In this document: positions 24,949 to 37,989 of the stretch, piece by piece
Layout: each line of letters starts with the position of its first letter
Numbering within the stretch: the stretch's first letter is position 1
Assembly: GCA_002269645.1 (NCBI GenBank)
Contig: NIVC01000268.1
Location: forward strand, 62,001 to 126,000
Source of the DNA: Macrostomum lignano
Lineage: Eukaryota
DNA length: 64,000 nucleotides
Reading direction: 5' to 3'
Notes under the pieces: generated by a model
Told to the model about the DNA's origin: nothing
The model's database searches: none
The model's input: only the letters and a program-made list of their open reading frames with translations
Made by a program: the position numbers and the translations under genes

Positions 24949-25559
24949 TTAGTAACTATCTAGCCTATCAATTACGTGACTTTCCTGTCTAAGTGAGTGA
25001 CTGACTGGCTCTTGTCTGACAGAGAACAAGCCCAAGAGGTTCTTTTTCTCTTCGAACATTAGTGCATTCATAGATATTTTACCTTAATCAATGAAATGGG
25101 GCTATGAGAATCTTCTGAGATTTCAGACCCAACCTCAAAGTCGGAAATACATTGCTCATACCGGTACATATAGATTTTCCACTGCAATCAGCGTAATGAT
25201 CGCTGCTGCACTCTCAAAGCTGCGCAAAGACTGCAGCACATTGCGTTTTAACTGTTCCAATTTTAACTTAGCAAACTTCCATATTTGGTGCGTTAATCGG
25301 AAGAAAAATGCGCTTTGTAGCAAATTAGAGGCTCAAGTTAGTGTTAAAATTTTCAATTTTGTTCGCTTGCAGCATTCATACAGGAAGGGAATTTACTCCT
25401 TTATCCGCTTAGATACAGCTTTCTGGTCCGGACGCGAACCTCCGACTCATTCATTCCGTCTGTCCAATTAGTGATGAAGAATAAAAATCAGTCAATTCAA
25501 ATCTTCTTCAAAGATATTTTTATTGTTCATGTACTCACATGCAGGTAATGCCCGATGCC

Positions 25560-25862
25560 GCTGTAAATCCGAATCGGCATGTCTGACACCCGAATCGGCA
25601 TGTCTGACACCCGAATCGGCATGTCTGACACCCGAATTGAAATTTCTGACACCCGAATCGGCATATCTGACACCCGAATCGGCATGTCTGACACCCGAAT
25701 CGGCATGTCTGACACCCGAATCGGCATGTCTGAAACCCGAATTGAAATGTCTGACACCCGAATCGGCATGTCTGACACCCGAATCAGCATGTTTGACACC
25801 CGAATTGAAATGTCTGACACCTGAATCGGCTTGTCTGACACCCGAATCGGCATGTCTGACAT
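25560..25862. repeat. 21-bp minisatellite (CACCCGAATCGGCATGTCTGA)n
   Basis: Direct repeats. Confidence 0.95.
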
Positions 25863-26399
25863 TTAATCCGAGGGCTCAGGGACAGCTTCGACTGCACTGA
25901 AAACCACTGCAGTAGGATGTGGGCTTCTCAAATTCAACCCAATTCCGGAGGCGTGTTTTTGTTTTAACTATTTTTTAAACAGCTGTAGCTACATGTATAC
26001 GAGTAAATAGGCTATTTTTATTCCATCGCGTGCAAGGCATTTTGTTAATTGAAAACAGCTTTATTTGGATACAGTCACGTGCTCACGGGCCTGGGCTAGG
26101 GTCTATATATCAGTCAGGAAGGAGGGAGGGAGGCATGTCAGGGAGTACAATCTGGGTGATGCGCGGGGTATGGAAGAGCAATCCCGTCTCAAATGAGGTG
26201 TTGATAAAAAGCTGTCTAGACATCGCAGTTTCTACCATACATGTTCTTTTGAAAAGCTTTTAACAATTAAGGAATGACACAATTTTATAACTCACTTTCC
26301 AAAGAACCGGTCATTTACGAAGCGCTGAATTCTTTTACTCGAATTCCATGAATAGAATAGATTCTTTTCTAAGAATTGTCATCCAGGAATTCCTCATAT

Positions 26400-27580
26400 C
26401 TGATTCAGATTCTAAAATCATCGTTTAGGAATTGCTCATATCCATGACTCATGTTCAAAGCATCATCGTTCAGGAATTGCTCATATCCATGACTCAGATT
26501 CAAAGCATCATCGTTCAGGAATTGCTCAAATCCATGACTCAGATTCAAAGAATCATCTTAGTCAGGAATTGCTCATATCTATGACTCAGATTCAAAGAAT
26601 CATCTTAGTCAGGAATTGCTCATATCTATGACTCAGATTCAAAGAATCATCGTTCAGGAATTGCTCATATCCATGACTCAGATTCAAAGCATCATCATTC
26701 AAAAATTGCTCATATCTATGACTCAGATTTAAAGAATCATCGTTCAGGAATTGCTCATATCCATGACTCAGATTCAAAGCATCATCATTCAAAAATTGCT
26801 CATATCTATGACTCAGATTTAAATAATCATCGTTCAGGAATTGCTCATATCCATGACTCAGATTCAAAGAATCATCTTAGTCAGGAATTGCTCATATTCA
26901 TGACTTAGATTCAAAGAATCATCTTAGTGAGGAATTGCTCATATCTATGACTCAGATTCAAAGAATCATCGTTCAGGAATTGCTCATATCTATGACTCAG
27001 ATTCAAAGAATCATCTTAGTCAGGAATTGCTCATATCTATGACTCAGATTCAAAGCATCATCTTTCAAGAATTGCTAACGTCTATGACTCAGATTCAAAG
27101 AATCATCTTAGTCAGGAATTGCTCATATCTATGACTCAGATTCAAAGAATCATCTTAGTGAGGAATTGCTCATATCTATGACTCAGATTCAAAGCATCAT
27201 CTTAGTGAGGAATTGCTCATATCTATGACTCAGATTCAAAGAATCATCTTAGTGAGGAATTGCTCATATCTATGACTCAGATTCAAAGAATCATCTTAGT
27301 GAGGAATTGCTCATATCTATGACTCAGATTCAAAGCATCATCATTCAAGAATTGCTCATATCTATGACTCAGATTCAAAGAATCATCTTAGTGAGGAATT
27401 GCTCATATCTATGACTCAGATTCAAAGAATCATCTTAGTGAGGAATTGCTCATATCTATGACTCAGATTCAAAGCATCATCATTCAAGAATTGCTCATAT
27501 CTATGACTCATATTCAAAGCATCATCCTTCAAGAATTGCTCATATCCATGACTCAGATTCAAGAATCATCGTTCAGGAAT
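26400..27580. repeat. 45/47-bp minisatellite with TGACTCA core
   Basis: Unit GACTCAGATTCAAAGAATCATCTTAGTCAGGAATTGCTCATATCTAT; periods 45 and 47 measured at 26491/26536/26583. Confidence 0.95.
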
Positions 27581-29827
27581 TTCCTTGCCTATATTCTACG
27601 TCCATGGTTCTACGTACAATTGGCAATAATTTTGCGAGCAGACGGACCAATTTCTCATAATCTCATTTGTCGATTTGATCGTCCGAAAATGTTTCGAATT
27701 TTTTTCACTCCACTGACCGGCCTGATGATTGGAATTTTCTGTGTTTTTTGTGATCGAATGAAATTGCTTTAATTTCCACGTCCTTATATAATAGCTACAG
27801 CTGTTACCGAAAACCGGATGTGCCACTAAATTTTTGATTGATTTGTTGCCAATATACACTGTAATATATACAATGAAGCCATAATGCAGCTGCAATTGTA
27901 TCCACAATAGCTTGAATTTATCTGATCAACCAAGCTGAATAAAATCGGCCTATCAATAATTGCAGCATCAAATTGCGGAATGATTTTGATTGCCTGAAGT
28001 GATGATATGCGGTACGTGCTATAAGATTTTATTCAAGTAGCATAAACATGTACATGTACATGTATACGAATTTATGCTCCATAAACTAGAGTCTCGCTCA
28101 AAAATTGATGCAGTCACATGTAAATTTGTATATTAGCCGGCCTGCTTGTTTAAACAGCTAGAAATGTACACGTATGAATTTGAAAAAAATTACAAACTGT
28201 AACTCGATCACGTACTGTGAAGCTTGCGCTGAATCTGTACTGAAATAAAAGTACTTTGCCATTATAACTGTGGTTACACCATTTCATATTTCTCAAATTC
28301 GCAATTCAGTTGACAGTTTGCATATACTCATACATGTACCGTATAGCCAAGCTGGACCATTGTATATACAGTGGTCCTTGCGTATAGCTAGTAGCATATT
28401 GTTCATGATAGATCCGTACGTGTTCGTACGACAGACCGGAGTTTTCCCACGCGATCCGGACCCAAAAGTTACTTCGATCCATCATTTAATATTCGCGTAG
28501 GCATGTATTTATCATGAAAAACTACAATAAACTAAAGTAAACTAAACTATAAAAGAACGGCTGCAGAGCAGAGCGAAGTAGGAATTTTTTGTTGGCTTTT
28601 AGCGATTTAAATTCAAGGACCACTGGGTAGTACTGCACTACTAGTAGTGGTCCTTGTTTAAATTTCACAATATCGCTCCTTTTAAACTTGGAATTCGAAT
28701 TTATAAAAGCATACATGTAACTGCAGATACTCGATCCATATGCAGCATTGCTTGGAAGAAAATAAAATCAAACATTGTTCACTAGCGGGAACAAAAAATA
28801 CGAGCGTACAACTGTTTTTTTAACTGCGTTCCGTGTAGGATTTTTTTTGCAAAGCGCTAATGCATGAGGTACGCATAGGTACATGTAATTCACCATGAAC
28901 AATAAAAATCGTCTAGAAATAAAAAACTATCGGAAGATATACATGTAGGCTCGAACATGTAGAAAAAACTGATGTTTTTACAGAACTTATTTCTTACTTC
29001 CTAAGTTTCCAGTATAATTTCAGTAAAAAATAGATTAGAAGGAATCGCTACAGCTAAAGTAATCGCAATCTTAAAAGCATCATAAACTCGTACATTTCAC
29101 TTTTTTGCGCTCGAAAAAAATTCACACACATGTGGTTGAAAGTACCGCTAAAATTTTTTAGCCATAGTACGTAGCTCTTAACATTAGAAATTTCAGGCAT
29201 ATGGAATTTCGAGCCGATCCAGTTCAAAGCCTTAGATAAGGGAGGGGAAATAAAGTCATATACAAAGTCCATACGCAAATATATACAAATCATACACAAA
29301 TACATATACATAATTTGACTTTAGGTCAATGTACTTTATTACAGTCAAATTGTCCTGGCCCAAATGGAAAAAAGCTTTCCAGGAATTAATAACCATAGAC
29401 AGGGGCCTGAACGCTACCTCCGCAGCCGGTCATCTTTTCGAAAAGTTTCGCGTGTGTCTCGATGCTAACTGGCGTACAAAATTCTAATTGTCATTTGTAA
29501 ATTTGATAATTTTTATCAGCATCGATTTTTCGGCTTTAAACGAGTTTTAACAAACAATATGCGGTAATAAAGAAAAATCATATAATTTAGTAGCACTGTA
29601 TACTATTGATATATTTATCTGTGTAGCTACGCTTGTAAATTATTTGAATAAAGACATAAAAGTTGAATGAACATCATTTGGTTTGAGCAATCTTATAAAA
29701 GTAAGGATGGTTCTTTCGTGTAAGAAATATTATAAATTTGTTTTGAAACGGATTTTATCGTACGCGTAAAATGAACCTCAACTGAACTGGCTGCAGAAGT
29801 TACTAGATCTTGCCCAACATCATTAAG

Positions 29828-32800
29828 ATGCAATTTCCTTTATGCTTATTTAATTTTGTCATTGCTCACATTTTGTTTGCAGTTTTCTGTCCATCCACTG
29901 CAGAAAATAAGGTATGTATGCAGTAGGCATAATGCACAATTGATTTAATCTAAATATACATATACTAAATAATTTACTATTGATTGACTATTAAAACCTC
30001 AACATCTAAATATTGTTCATAATGTGCCAGTGAAATTTATAAATTACAGGCTTACCTTGCCTTATTGTAAATTTCTGTTGCCTTGTAGGGCTTAGGCTTT
30101 CTCAAGGTTCAAGCAAAGCAAAGTGAATGACATGACAATATACATAGGTGAATAGGCCTACCTATTACCAACTGTACTGTACTTAGCTAGTTGCCAGACT
30201 ATAGTCATTTTGGTAACAAGCAAATGTTATTTTATTTTAGTGATAAGATAAGATCCCTTAGCTTAGGTAGGCTTTGGCAACAGTTTTTAAATAGCCTAGA
30301 AAATTGTAAAAGTTATAAAAGTTTTTTTTGTTTTTTTATTTGTTGTTTTGTTTTGTTTTATTTTATTTTTTGTTTTGTTTTTTTTTTGTAAAAGTTTTTC
30401 ACATGTTTAACTAAAATTGTCAATTAATGTTGTATTAAATCCTGTTTATTAACTAGAATCTAGGTTGCAGATCATATAGTAGTATAGGCCTATGCCAGAA
30501 CAAGAATCCTAGCTCATCTAACTAACTGTATGCCAATATATGCCAAAAACAAAAAATTTCCCCAAAATGTAAAATTTCCCTAAAAATTTCCCCAAAATTC
30601 CTCCTTAAAGATAATTTGGTTTTCATAAGTTGGCCTAAAGTTTTCTAAAAAAAGGCTTTTGTACAGTCTTTAAAATATTACAAATATTTTCATTTAAAAA
30701 ACTTAAATTATACCTACAGAAATAATGATGCCAAATTGATGCTCTTAGCAATAATTTAGGCCTATACTAATTTAATTTATTGTTAATTTTAAAAGAGCAA
30801 AAAGTTTATCATAGACTTTTTAGATTATACAGATTTTCTTTTACTTTATAATAAAAATATTAATTTACATTACAATTTTCATGCAGGGCATGAATTTATT
30901 TACCAAAATTTTTATACTAAAAAGTATACGTGGTTATATTACTTATGTATGCCAATAGTGTATACCATCAAAGTGCACTAGAAAGGTACTAGTATATATG
31001 CACACCATCTGCAATGTAGACTAGAATCAAAGCCAAAAGTTCCAATTTTTCATATCTACAATAAGCCAGGGCCTAGTTGTACATTTTGGCACTAACAATA
31101 ATATGGCATTAGCTAGGCTTAGTATTTTTTAATAAGCAACATATTTTGCTTTATTGCAACTCAAGTTTTGTTAATGTAAAGCTTTTAAGGAATTACCAAA
31201 GACATATGAGCCATTGTCAAGAAGGTATCTAGAGTATGCTAGTGTTTTCAGCAAAATTTTAAGTGTAAATGTACCTATACATTTTTAAGTAAAATATACC
31301 CATACCCCAAATCTGTTACATAGTATGCTAGAAAAAATAATTTCCTATATTACAAATTCAAATATTTACTAGAAAAAAACAAATTTAGTTGTGATATATA
31401 TATTGGAAATTATAAAAAATGTTGCAACAATAAGAATTTTTTTGCATTGTAACCATATATGTCCAACTTCAAAATTTCACCTATCCAGTTGCAACTTAGC
31501 TTCTCCCAATTGCAACTTAGTTCCTCTCAATGCAACTTGGTTCCCTCAATTGAAACTTAATTTTCACTTTGCTCTTTGTATATGACTTTTCTTACATTTT
31601 TCTCTTTTGTTTTCTTTCTTTTTCTCTTTCCTCTTTCCCTTCTTTCTCTTCTCCTTTTTTCTTTTCCTTTTCTGTTTCTCTCTTTTCTTTCTTCCCCAAT
31701 TCTTTGTTTCTTTCCTTCAAATACAAATTTTTAAGATTCAAGCATACCAAATATGCATGAATAATCCACTTAAGTAATAGCTATTTCAGTAATAGTCACT
31801 TTAGTAACAAAAAATGACCACTTAAATTTATGCTTACAAAAACCAAAAGCTTGAATTTATACTTAATAATAAACTTGTTAATATTTTTCCTCCTAATATA
31901 AACTTTTCTATATTATTACATAAAGTACATACCAGGTAAGCATGCCAAACTTTGGGCATACAAGGCCAATGCACACCCCATTTTTGGGACTTATACTACT
32001 TGATCTAGATTATGGACATGCAATTATATAATCATAGAAATATTTTATTATATTGTATTAAGTCTATACCTTAAGATAAAAAAATATGCTTTTGTTTTGT
32101 TTATAGAAAAAAGACTAAAAAGTTAGAATTTGAAAGCTTTTTGAAACTTCCATATATTAAATATGGTTTGTCTATCTATACATATATAGATATAAATCAT
32201 TCAAAATTTCTGTTTAAATAGTACAAGCTTAAAGAAAATCAGTTAAGCCATTTTTATATATATGGGTCATTCTACAAGAAGGTCCTATCATATTTTTGAA
32301 CTTTAGGCACTTGTAATATAACTTTTGAACCATAATAAATAGAACAAAGCTTCAAAAAGCAATGCTGCAATATGTGTTAAACTTCTAGTTCTAAATTTTT
32401 CACATAGCTATTTATGAATTCTGATGTAGGGCTTATTTCTGTCCTTATAAATGATTCCGCAATGCTACCAAAGTTGTCAAAGCGGTGTTCCTGTATGATA
32501 CAGAATCTCACCGCTGAGTCACCAAAGTTGTAATAGTGGTTATTTCTCCTTACTGATCTTACTGGTTATTATTTGCCTTTTTACTAGTAATGCATTTACT
32601 TCTATTGGTAGTGTATGTACTTCTATTAGTACCGTGTGTACTTCTATTGTATTGGCCTGAGCGGTCTTTAGGCACTGTCTATCCTATTCCTTCTAAAGAT
32701 ATTATTCTCTCAGTCCTGGGTGTTCCTGGGATCAGAGGGTCACAGCTTACTTGCTAGGTATTCTGCATTGAGGCGGGTTTTTCAGACTCTGAGTCTAGAC

Positions 32801-35800
32801 TTCTCTACCCTGTGGTAGGATTCCTGCCTTCTAAAGGCGATTTCTCAGATTCTAGATCTGGATTTCTCGTTCTTCTGAGAACAGTTTGATCTCTCCCAAT
32901 TTTAGGGCTTCTTAATGCTTTTACCTAAATTACTAAGTCTATAAGTATTAAACAAGGCTTCAATTTTGAGATATTAGAACAATTTCAAGCTTGAAGCAAG
33001 AAGACAGACAAGGTAAACTGATATAGAAACAAAAACAATTTATTTTTCTTGGCCTCCAGCAGGCTCCCTTTCATAGTAAAGTTTTGCAATACAGTTTATA
33101 ACAAATGATAATATTCAAAATATACAGGATATTTCACTTATGGAAAATATTTATAATATTTGTATAGTATAACAATAATAGTACTTTTGAAATGCACAAT
33201 TCCAAGAAAATAATGGCATAAAAATGAGGCCTATTACAATTCTAAAACAGCTAAACATATAGTCAGAATATAAACTATGCTGATGGTTGTTTTTATCACC
33301 CAATGACTATCAGCATAGTTTTTGCTCTGCTATATATTTAGTTATTATAGAATTTATAAGCAGCTATATTAAAAATATAGAATTAAAAGTTTAATATAGA
33401 TTGCCTTTTGTAGAAGTCAGACAAGCAGAAAATTTTGGTTGGGCATGAAATTTTGTGAAAATTTCAAAGTTGGGCATGATCATGAATATGAATTTATAAT
33501 TATTATAAGCTCATAAGTTACAAGTGTAGAAAATAACAAAACAATAAAAGAAACCATTATATATTAGATAATAGATACTCAAGTACTGCTGTAAAGTCAA
33601 CAAATGTATTGCTGCTTTATACATTTGTGTTCACATTTTTATTGTACTAAATTAAATAGAAAAGTTATAATTTAAACACAAAAATAAGCAGTAATTTATG
33701 ACCTCATAAATGGGCTTCAAGGAAATCATAATTGTGAAAAAATGTTTGTGAATTCATGAAATTGTGATCATGTCCAATCCCTAGCTTTTTGGGAAGATGC
33801 TTGCTGCTTAGAATTGCTTACTATTAGAGGGTACTTGCTATCTCAGGGATGTTTGCTATCTAGGGGATGCACAAGATGCTTGCTATCTTTGGGATGCTTG
33901 TTGCCTAGGGTTGTTTACTATTAGCTTGCTATCTGAGATATTCTCTTTAGGGGTTTGCTTGCTATCTAGGGGATACTTGCTATCTTAGGGTATGCTTGAT
34001 GTCTAAGGTTGCTTATTATTGGGGATACTTGCTATATAGAGGAATGTTTTTTGTCTTAGAGACTATGTTTTCTATTTAAGGGGGATGCCTGTTATCCTTG
34101 CAAAGGTTTTATTTTATTGTCTTTTTATTATTTTGAGAAAGAAAGACTAGCAATCTAGTGCCCCCTTTCAGGGTGCCCAATAATAAAGGAGCAAATATTA
34201 TTCATAGAAAACAATTTATAAAGCACATTCTTTTAAGAACCAATTCCTTCTTCATTGTAGGCATCCCTAAAAAGCAAACATCTCTAGATATAAAGAATCC
34301 CATACATGTAGAATTGTAGATACATGTAGCTAGTATCCCTCTTTCCCAAATAGCAAGTACCCTCCTAGAGAGCAAGCATCCCCTTGATAGTAAGCACCCC
34401 CCCCCCCAAAACTTAAGTGTGTGGTTTGTTTGATTACTTAAGTAGTAGTAATATAAAAATTTTTACTATGTAGGGGTTAGACAAAATTTTAATCATTTAA
34501 TTCTTGGCACACTTGTTAATTTTAACCTTTGTTTTGTGTTCTTGGAAAAAAGTTTGACTTGTGCAGCTTGAAATGATTTTTTTAAAAACTGTTACATCTT
34601 TCAATTTGGTCATCCTTTTAACTCTACTCATAGTAGAGTTGTATTTCTACCCTAGTAAGTAGGAAAAAAAATTGATAGTTTATTTATACACTTTACAGAT
34701 GATAGAATCTTGGAATAAAAATGTATTATTGTATTGTACTTCTAAAGTTAATTAAATATAGGCATTGAGTCTTAAAAATCTTGAAAATGTGATATTGTGT
34801 GATCCCCAGTATTATGCTACAAAGGTAGTAATATATTTAAATTTGTATAGAAACTTACTTATAAAACATATTATATACCAATTGATTTTTTTAAGTAATT
34901 CAATGAAAAAAGCAATTTAATGTTTGTGAACCTAAGGGGGGCTGTAGCCTAATGGTTAGAGCGTCAGACTCATGACTAGAAGGCTAAGGATTTGATCCCA
35001 ATCCCACTTGGAACAATTTGTGTCCTTCAGCAAGACACTTAACACACTCTGTATTGCGGCGCAGCTGTAAAATGGGTGCCAGCATTAGCTGGGGTAATTC
35101 TGGCTGTGTGGCGACCCCCCCAGTCCTTGGACTGAACAGCCTTCAGATGCGCCGCGCAATAGCTGCGGCTGAGCTGTTGGTTGCACATCTGCCCATTAGG
35201 GCAGGCGTAGTCAATTATTATTAACATTGAGCATATAAAACCTTAGCTCTTGACTGTGTAGAAAAACAAATCAGCAAAATCCATTACTTTACTACATAAA
35301 CATTTTCTTCCCTATATAACCCTAGTTCGTAACAGAGGTCAATCCAAGCTGTCAATCGCTGTGCAACAACGGCACCCTGCTTGTATACAGTCGTTTGCAA
35401 CGCAGCGCAGATTCTCTGCATGTATTTGTCACAGTTGGCGAGGGCCTCGGCGATCTGGCCATCTCGTATGCTCAGTTTGACGATCCTAAACAAGTAGCCA
35501 GCGTGTCCTGGCCTGATATATTCTCTGCCAATTCAACGGACAAGGCCAATGCTTTGTCGTTTAGCAATCCGAAAGCTAAATTAATGTCGAAGTTTACTTT
35601 TGCTTTCACCAATGTAAGTCCAGTACTCTGACACAATGCTAATTTGATAATGATATTTTCAACTGCATCCTTTATATATAATTTTAGCTAATCGAATACT
35701 CCGACAAGGATGACAAAGTCGAGATTCCAACAAATCCTGTTAATACTACTCATGTCTATCCGTTCAGTAGTTTTCTGTGGCGGCTAGAACAGGCACCGGA

Positions 35801-37831
35801 GATTCTAAGCAACGGCTTGACTCAGTTTGTTTTGTCTGCTTATAGTATGATGGGTAAGGTGCTAATAGATCTGCTTTGCACTAAATGTCTCCTGTATCTA
35901 CGGGTCTTACAGTTTAGGAATCTCCACATTAGAATTCCCCTCCGATCTACGAGTAATATTAGAATTCCCCTCTGATCCGATGATGGAATTCCCCTTCGAT
36001 CCGATGATAGAATTCCCCTTCGATCCGATGATAGAATTCCCCTCCGATCCGATGATAGAATTCCCTTTCGATCCGATGATGGAATTCTCTTTCGATTCGA
36101 TGATAGAATTCCCTTTCGACCCGATGATAGAATTCCCCCGGTCCGATAATAGAACTCCCCTCTAAACAAATAATAGAACTCCCCTCCGATCCGATAATAG
36201 AATTCCCCTCCGATCCGATAATAGAATTCCCCTCCGATCCAATAATAGAATCCCCTTCCGATCATCATTCCCTTCCGATAATAGAACCCTCTTTAATCCA
36301 CTAATAGTTTTCTCCTCTAATCTGTAGAATTCCCTTTAAACCCCATTAGAAAACCAGCCTATAATTGATTACTATAGGGCACCTATATCTCATCCTAATC
36401 GTCATTATGAATCGCACCAGAAACGATGGCACCGGAGGTTGACCCGGCCACTTACTCAGTTGAGAACGCTGGAGACGAACAGCTAGCTGAAATATTTAAA
36501 AAGAACGGCAGCAGTTTGAAATTAAAAGTGCAATTGTCGCCTACAGTAGGCAGGGCGGACGATCTGCCTCAGTTGCAATTCACTAGCAATAATACTCAAG
36601 TAGAATTCCAACTCAAAGATCTGTTTAGCAGCGTGCCAGATGCCAGATTCGGTGTTGAAACTGTTCTCTTAGACGGCACACCAGATGCCGATGGAAAGCA
36701 GAGAGAACAGAAGATTGAATACGTACTCAATATTGATGACGAATTCACGCCCGGTGTATTTCGAATGTCTAATTGGCTTTCGCCTGATTCTTGCTACGCT
36801 CAATGGAAACCGGTGTGCTATAAAGCCGAGAAGCGTACTATTAGTAACAGTACAGTTGTGAAGCATACGGACCTTGTTCAGTTGTCAGCTGGCTTAACTG
36901 AGGCGCTTAACAATAGCTTTGCCTATCCATTGTATGGAGGCGATTTGCTTCAGTTAACCGGCGCCAGAGCTATTAATGTCACATTTGGCATTCCTAAGGA
37001 CAAGTTTTACGCTGCAACTAACTATACTGTGTGGTGAGTGCTTTACATTTTATGCGGGCTTTTATTACTTTTTAATAAGTCTTTTTTAGGTTAATTTAGA
37101 AATCTTACATCTGCCTAACATACAGTACTAATTATATAATAGAAATCTCGAAAATATATATTTAGGTGTCATTGTTGAAAGTCTAGGTGCCATTTTTAAA
37201 ATCTGGGTGCTATTATCGAACATCTGAGTGCCATTATCAAAAAATTAGGTGCCATTTTATTGAAAAACTCAGTGCCATTATCGAAAATCTAGGTGCCATT
37301 ATCGAAAATCTGGGTGTCATTTTAAAAATCAAAGTTCCATTATCGAAAATCTAGGGGCCATTATAGTAGATCTAGGTGCCATTATAGACAATCTGGGTGC
37401 CATTATCGAACATCTAAGTGCCATTATCGAAAATTCAATTGCCATTGTCATTGGTTCAGATCCGCCTATTAAAAACCGTAGCGCTAGATTGGTATCAATT
37501 GTAATATGCGTCCTATTCTACCAGTAATTTAATATCTTTACTAAATGAAAGCGCTAAAAATCCCAGCCATTTCAATTTGATTTCGGCTACAGCTTTTACG
37601 CGCTAGTAAACCTAACTTTAATTTACTTTAACTTCTCCAAGGACGGTTTCCGTTGGCCTCGGCCAGCCGCCAGCCGATGCTGTGTCAACCCTGGTAATTA
37701 TTGTCATTCTGTGCGGCTTGGGTCTGCCGTTTCTTTTGATGTCGGCCGCCGTTATCTATCTGTGCGTGCGCAGGTGCCGACAGCCGGCGCCAGACGGCGC
37801 TGTCAGCGCTTATCAGCCTATTAATGCCTGA
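29828..37831 (+). CDS. GLMP: Glycosylated lysosomal membrane protein (GLMP/NCU-G1), 5 coding exons
   Basis: Exons 29828-29911 (signal peptide MQFPLCLFNFVIAHILFAVFCPSTAENK), 35326-35613, 35688-35853, 36421-37033, 37642-37831; phases 0,0,1,2 match. Contains QWKPVCY, NYTVW, several N-glycosylation sequons, a C-terminal TM helix (LVIIVILCGLGLPFLLMSAAVIYLCV) and the tyrosine sorting tail YQPINA (human YQSIN). Exon 1 is the least certain. Confidence 0.85.
29912..34935. other. AT-rich, CpG-depleted block in GLMP intron 1, probably decayed transposon-derived DNA
   Basis: Manual count gives about 9 CpG in about 5 kb, 8 of them within 32450-32870. The flanks are CpG-rich. Confidence 0.65.
34937..35224 (+). 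mobile_element. tRNA-derived SINE with CORE-like central domain
   Basis: Head GGGGCTGTAGCCTAATGGTTAGAGCGTCAGACTCATGA...GGATTTGATCCC has A/B-box-like motifs and resembles elongator tRNA-Met. Body TGTGTCCTTCAGCAAGACACTTAAC...CTGTAAAATGGG resembles the MIR/CORE consensus. Ends in a TTATTATTAA tail. Confidence 0.7.
35925..36290. repeat. About 23-bp minisatellite (TAGAATTCCCCTCCGATCCGATGA-like), GLMP intron 3
   Basis: Direct repeats. Confidence 0.92.
37160..37445. repeat. Degenerate about 22-bp repeat (AAAATCTAGGTGCCATTATCG), GLMP intron 4
   Basis: Recurrent GGTGCCATTAT core. Confidence 0.85.
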
Positions 37832-37989
37832 TGCGTACGATTGTTTGTTGTTTATTAAACTATACGGGATGCTTTATTACATGAAATTGATTCAATTGTC
37901 AACAGTAGAAGTATGCACTAATCTGATTGGAGCAGGGTCGAGTCTAGCGCGTAGGGAGGTCAGCTGACTCCATATCCTTTGATAAGGTT

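Noticed and set aside
34937-35010. Functional tRNA-Met gene
   Set aside because: The B box is mutated, acceptor-stem pairing is poor, and the sequence continues into a SINE body.
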